A DNA stretch of 64,000 nucleotides from an uncultured delta proteobacterium. Lineage in GTDB: Bacteria > Desulfobacterota > Binatia > DP-6. Of the stretch, positions 60,876-64,000 are shown piece after piece (within the stretch, counting starts at the first letter, position 1; every line of letters starts with the position of its first letter). The stretch spans positions 1,088,001 through 1,152,000 of the forward strand of contig CAWFFN010000007.1 in the NCBI GenBank assembly GCA_963815115.1, written 5' to 3'. The notes below the pieces were generated by a model. The model ran no database searches. It saw only the letters and a program-made list of their open reading frames with translations, and was not told where the DNA came from. The position numbers and the translations under genes are program-made.

Positions 60876-62240
60876 GTGATGCTCCTCCGCCGCCCGGGGA
60901 TGAAGGCCCTCCTGGGGGCTCTCCTGGTCGCGCTGGCGTCCGCGGACGTCAGCGCGACATCGACAGAGCTCCGCGACGGGCGGGGCATCCACGTCGAGAC
61001 GACACGGCAGCTCGACCCGCGCCAGCTGGACGTGCGCGTCAGCACGAACGCACTCCAGCGTTCCGTCGACGTCCGGGTACTCTTGCCGAGCCACTACGAC
61101 GCCGCGCTCGATCATCGATACCCGGTCCTCTACCTCTTCCACGGCACCAGCGGCCGGGCATCCGACTGGGTGAACTTTGGCCGGGCCGCCGAAACCACCG
61201 CCGACCTGCCGCTCATCGTCGTGATGCCCGACGCCGGATTCGACGGCGACGGCGGCGGCTGGTTCGCGAACTGGTTCAACGGCGGCGCCGGCGGCCCGCC
61301 GATGTGGGAGACGTTTCACATCGAGCAGCTGGTGCCGTGGATCGACGACAACCTGCGCACCGTCGCGACGCGCTCGGGCCGCGCGGTGGCGGGGCTCTCG
61401 CAGGGCGGATTCGGCTCACTCAGCTACGCCGCGCGCCACCCCGACATGTTCACGTCGGTCGCGGCCTTCTCCGGCGGCTGCGTGATCGACGGCGATCCCG
61501 AGGCGATCGCGATCGCGACGGCCATCATCCAGTTCACCACGACCGGGCTGAGCGGCGTCGCCGACCCGGACGCGATCTTCGGCCCGCGAGACACCCAGGA
61601 GCTCAACTGGCAGTCGCACGACCCGGGAACGCTCGTGACGAATCTCCGCGGGATGCAGATCGAGCTCTGGACCGGGGACGGCAACCCGGGCCCTCTCGAC
61701 CCCGGGCCCGTCGACCCCGCCGCGCGCTCGATCGAGGCGATCACGTTCGGCGCGACGCAGCGCTTCGACCGCTATCTGACCGGAGCCGGCATCCCGCACG
61801 GCTACCACTACTACGGCCCCGGCACGCACACGTTCGGCTACTGGGCGCGCGACCTCGAGGAATATGTCGGCCCGCTCATGCGTCGCTTCCGCAGGCACGG
61901 TGCGCGGCCGCGGTCGATCAGCTTCCTCTCGACCGACGACCGCTGGCAGCGGTGGGGCTGGAAAGTCACGTTGCGACGCCCGGAGCCCGGCTTCGCGCAG
62001 CTGCGTCACGCAGGGAGGAGCGGATTCGTCCTCACCGGCGCCGGGCGCGCGACGGTGCAGACGGCCGCCCTCTACCGGCCTGGCGCGAGGGTCCGCATCA
62101 CGGAGCGCAGCGGCGCAACCGTATCGAACCGACGGGCGACCGTCGGATCCAGCGCACGCCTGCGAGTCCCCGTGCTGCTCAGCTCGGGCACGACGCCCGG
62201 GACGACGCGCGTCGCGATCCGCCAGATCGCCGGGCCGTGA
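60876..62240 (+). CDS. Secreted esterase (antigen 85/FrmB-like alpha/beta hydrolase)
   Basis: YPVLYLFHG, GLSQGG nucleophile elbow, GTHTFGYW. Confidence 0.88.
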   Translation: MMLLRRPGMKALLGALLVALASADVSATSTELRDGRGIHVETTRQLDPRQLDVRVSTNALQRSVDVRVLLPSHYDAALDHRYPVLYLFHGTSGRASDWVNFGRAAETTADLPLIVVMPDAGFDGDGGGWFANWFNGGAGGPPMWETFHIEQLVPWIDDNLRTVATRSGRAVAGLSQGGFGSLSYAARHPDMFTSVAAFSGGCVIDGDPEAIAIATAIIQFTTTGLSGVADPDAIFGPRDTQELNWQSHDPGTLVTNLRGMQIELWTGDGNPGPLDPGPVDPAARSIEAITFGATQRFDRYLTGAGIPHGYHYYGPGTHTFGYWARDLEEYVGPLMRRFRRHGARPRSISFLSTDDRWQRWGWKVTLRRPEPGFAQLRHAGRSGFVLTGAGRATVQTAALYRPGARVRITERSGATVSNRRATVGSSARLRVPVLLSSGTTPGTTRVAIRQIAGP

Positions 62241-62293
62241 CCGGCCTTCCCCATGCAGCCACCTGCCGGCGCACGTACTCCGTCGTGGCCAGT

Positions 62294-63658
62294 CTACGGA
62301 GACGCGCGCTGGATGCCGTATTTCTTGACGAGGCGGCCAAATGCTCGCCGGTCCTTCTGTGCTTCCACTGCCGCGTGCGTGACGTTCCCGTTGTGGCGTC
62401 GCAGGACATCCTCGACATACTCCCGCTCGAACGCGGCGACGACGCTGGCGCGGGCGCGGCGAAAGCCGGCTGTCGGGTTCGGCGAAACCGCCGGTTCGGG
62501 CACCATGACGTGTGCCGGCAGGATATGGGTGCCCTCGCACAGCACGGCTGCCCGGTGCACGATGTTGAGGAGCTCGCGGATGTTGCCGGGCCAGGCATGC
62601 AGCCTGAGCTTGCGGAGCGCTGCTCCCGACAGGCGCTTGTGTGGGCCGGCGGTCGACCGCTCGAGCGTCGTGAGAAAGTGACGCGCCAACAGGTCGATGT
62701 CACTACCGCGATCCCGCAACGGAGGCAGGTGGAGACCGAGGACGTTCAGCCGGAAGTAGAGATCCGCCCGGAACTCGCCGCGCCGCACGGCCTCCTCGAG
62801 GTCACGGTTGGTCGCCGCGATCACGTGCACGTCGGCGCGACAGAATCGCTCGGCTCCGAGCGGCTTGAAGGTGTGCTCCTGGAGAAAGCGCAGGAGCTTG
62901 GCCTGGGCGGGAAGCGACAGAGCGTCGATCTCATCCAGGAACAGGCTGCCACCGTCGGCCATGGCGACCAGACCCTTCTGATCCCGGTGCGCGTCGGTAA
63001 ACGCGCCTCGGGCATGACCGAAGAATTCGTTCTCGAACAGATGATCAGGAACTGCAGCGCAATCGAGGGCGATGAACGGGAACCTGCTCCGCCGGCCCAG
63101 GTGATGGATCGCGCGCGCCACCAGTTCCTTCCCCGTCCCGGTTTCCCCGGTGATCAGCACCGAGCAACCGCTGCGGGCAATCAACGGAAGCTGATCGAGC
63201 ACGCGTGTGAACGAAGGATGGTTCCCGATCAGCTGCAAGAGACCCAGCTCCCGCGTGAGCCGTCGATGTGCGACTTCCACCTCGTCCCTGCCGGCGGCCA
63301 CGAGCCGGCGGAGGCGATGGCGGAACTCGTCGCGCCGGTCCGGAAAGAACGCGAAGTCGTCCGACGCGTCGACCGCGGAGCGAAGAACCGCATCCTCGGC
63401 CATCTCCGACACGACCGCGAGGATGGGCACGGCGATCGCCTGCCGTCCGAGCCAGTCGAAGAGCTCCACTGCTCTCGGTGCCCGCGGCGCGGCCACCGCG
63501 ATCATGAGATGTGCCGCGCATGGCAAGGTGGGGCGGGACTGCAGCGCCTCCCAACTGGTCCGCTGGAGACGGAAGCTCGGGTCGGACGACAGAGAGGAGA
63601 TCGGGAACTCGTCGGACCCGGACGGGTGAGGCTCGATCAGGAGCACGTCGTGGGTCAT
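62294..63658 (-). CDS. Sigma54-dependent activator with degenerate receiver domain
   Basis: [31 protein letters not shown], Fis-type HTH. Confidence 0.93.
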   Translation of the reverse strand: MTHDVLLIEPHPSGSDEFPISSLSSDPSFRLQRTSWEALQSRPTLPCAAHLMIAVAAPRAPRAVELFDWLGRQAIAVPILAVVSEMAEDAVLRSAVDASDDFAFFPDRRDEFRHRLRRLVAAGRDEVEVAHRRLTRELGLLQLIGNHPSFTRVLDQLPLIARSGCSVLITGETGTGKELVARAIHHLGRRSRFPFIALDCAAVPDHLFENEFFGHARGAFTDAHRDQKGLVAMADGGSLFLDEIDALSLPAQAKLLRFLQEHTFKPLGAERFCRADVHVIAATNRDLEEAVRRGEFRADLYFRLNVLGLHLPPLRDRGSDIDLLARHFLTTLERSTAGPHKRLSGAALRKLRLHAWPGNIRELLNIVHRAAVLCEGTHILPAHVMVPEPAVSPNPTAGFRRARASVVAAFEREYVEDVLRRHNGNVTHAAVEAQKDRRAFGRLVKKYGIQRASP

Positions 63659-64000
63659 CTCGCCGAACTCAGAGCGCCGCGTGGCCCCGCGAGCGGATGT
63701 CCTCGACCTCCGGCAACGACCGCGCTGGGCTGGGCGAGCGCGAGCACTGTTGGATCACCCCCGTAGTCGGCGCATCCGGCGCGCTCGTGGCCAGCCCTCC
63801 CTACAATCGGAGGCTAGCTACATAGCCTCCGTCTCCGCAAATCGTCAAGCGCTCTTTGCTGTAAAGAACGTTCCCGCCCTTCATCTGCGTGCGAATGGAC
63901 CCGCAATGTGGCCTGACGGTGGGACGTCGCCGACCCGGTGCCGGGCAAGTCGCGTCCCGCGACCGCCAAAAGCGCAACTGCTTGTTTCTGCGGCCAGTTC

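Overview
High-GC (roughly 70% by eye) bacterial chromosomal segment. The Cys-rich secreted proteins with Thr linkers, the Sec-type redoxin and the sigma54 regulators suggest a deltaproteobacteria-like lineage such as Candidatus Binatia/Binatota; this is inference only. The left ~19 kb is an integration hotspot at tRNA-Arg(ACG) (18689-18762, - strand), with three displaced copies of the tRNA 3' half at 2443, 2814 and 3589. These delimit two tiny islets (one carrying hicBA, with yefM-yoeB just outside) and a ~15 kb capsid-less, phage-satellite (PICI)-like element. The element carries a tyrosine integrase with matching arm repeats at both ends, Xis/XRE/AlpA regulators, a Prim-Pol-helicase with an iteron cluster, an SSB-like gene, a split lambda Nu1-like terminase small subunit behind a lambda-like cosQ/cosN site, HEPN-like cargo and an IS1380 copy. 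The rest is mixed core and accessory sequence: amino-acid ABC transporter, tRNA-Ser(GCT), macro domain, clpB, lipoate ligase-like gene, membrane TIR protein, a UGA/SECIS selenoprotein redoxin, rlpA, tandem beta-propeller proteins, msrPQ, a cobalamin riboswitch back-to-back with a candidate Cys-leader attenuator before cysteine dioxygenase/rhodanese, two sigma54 activators, tandem di-heme DHOR-type cytochromes, a cupredoxin, VOC proteins and esterases. Several 1-2 nt insertions at short repeats suggest residual assembly errors. All family calls come from motif recognition by eye; no database search was run.
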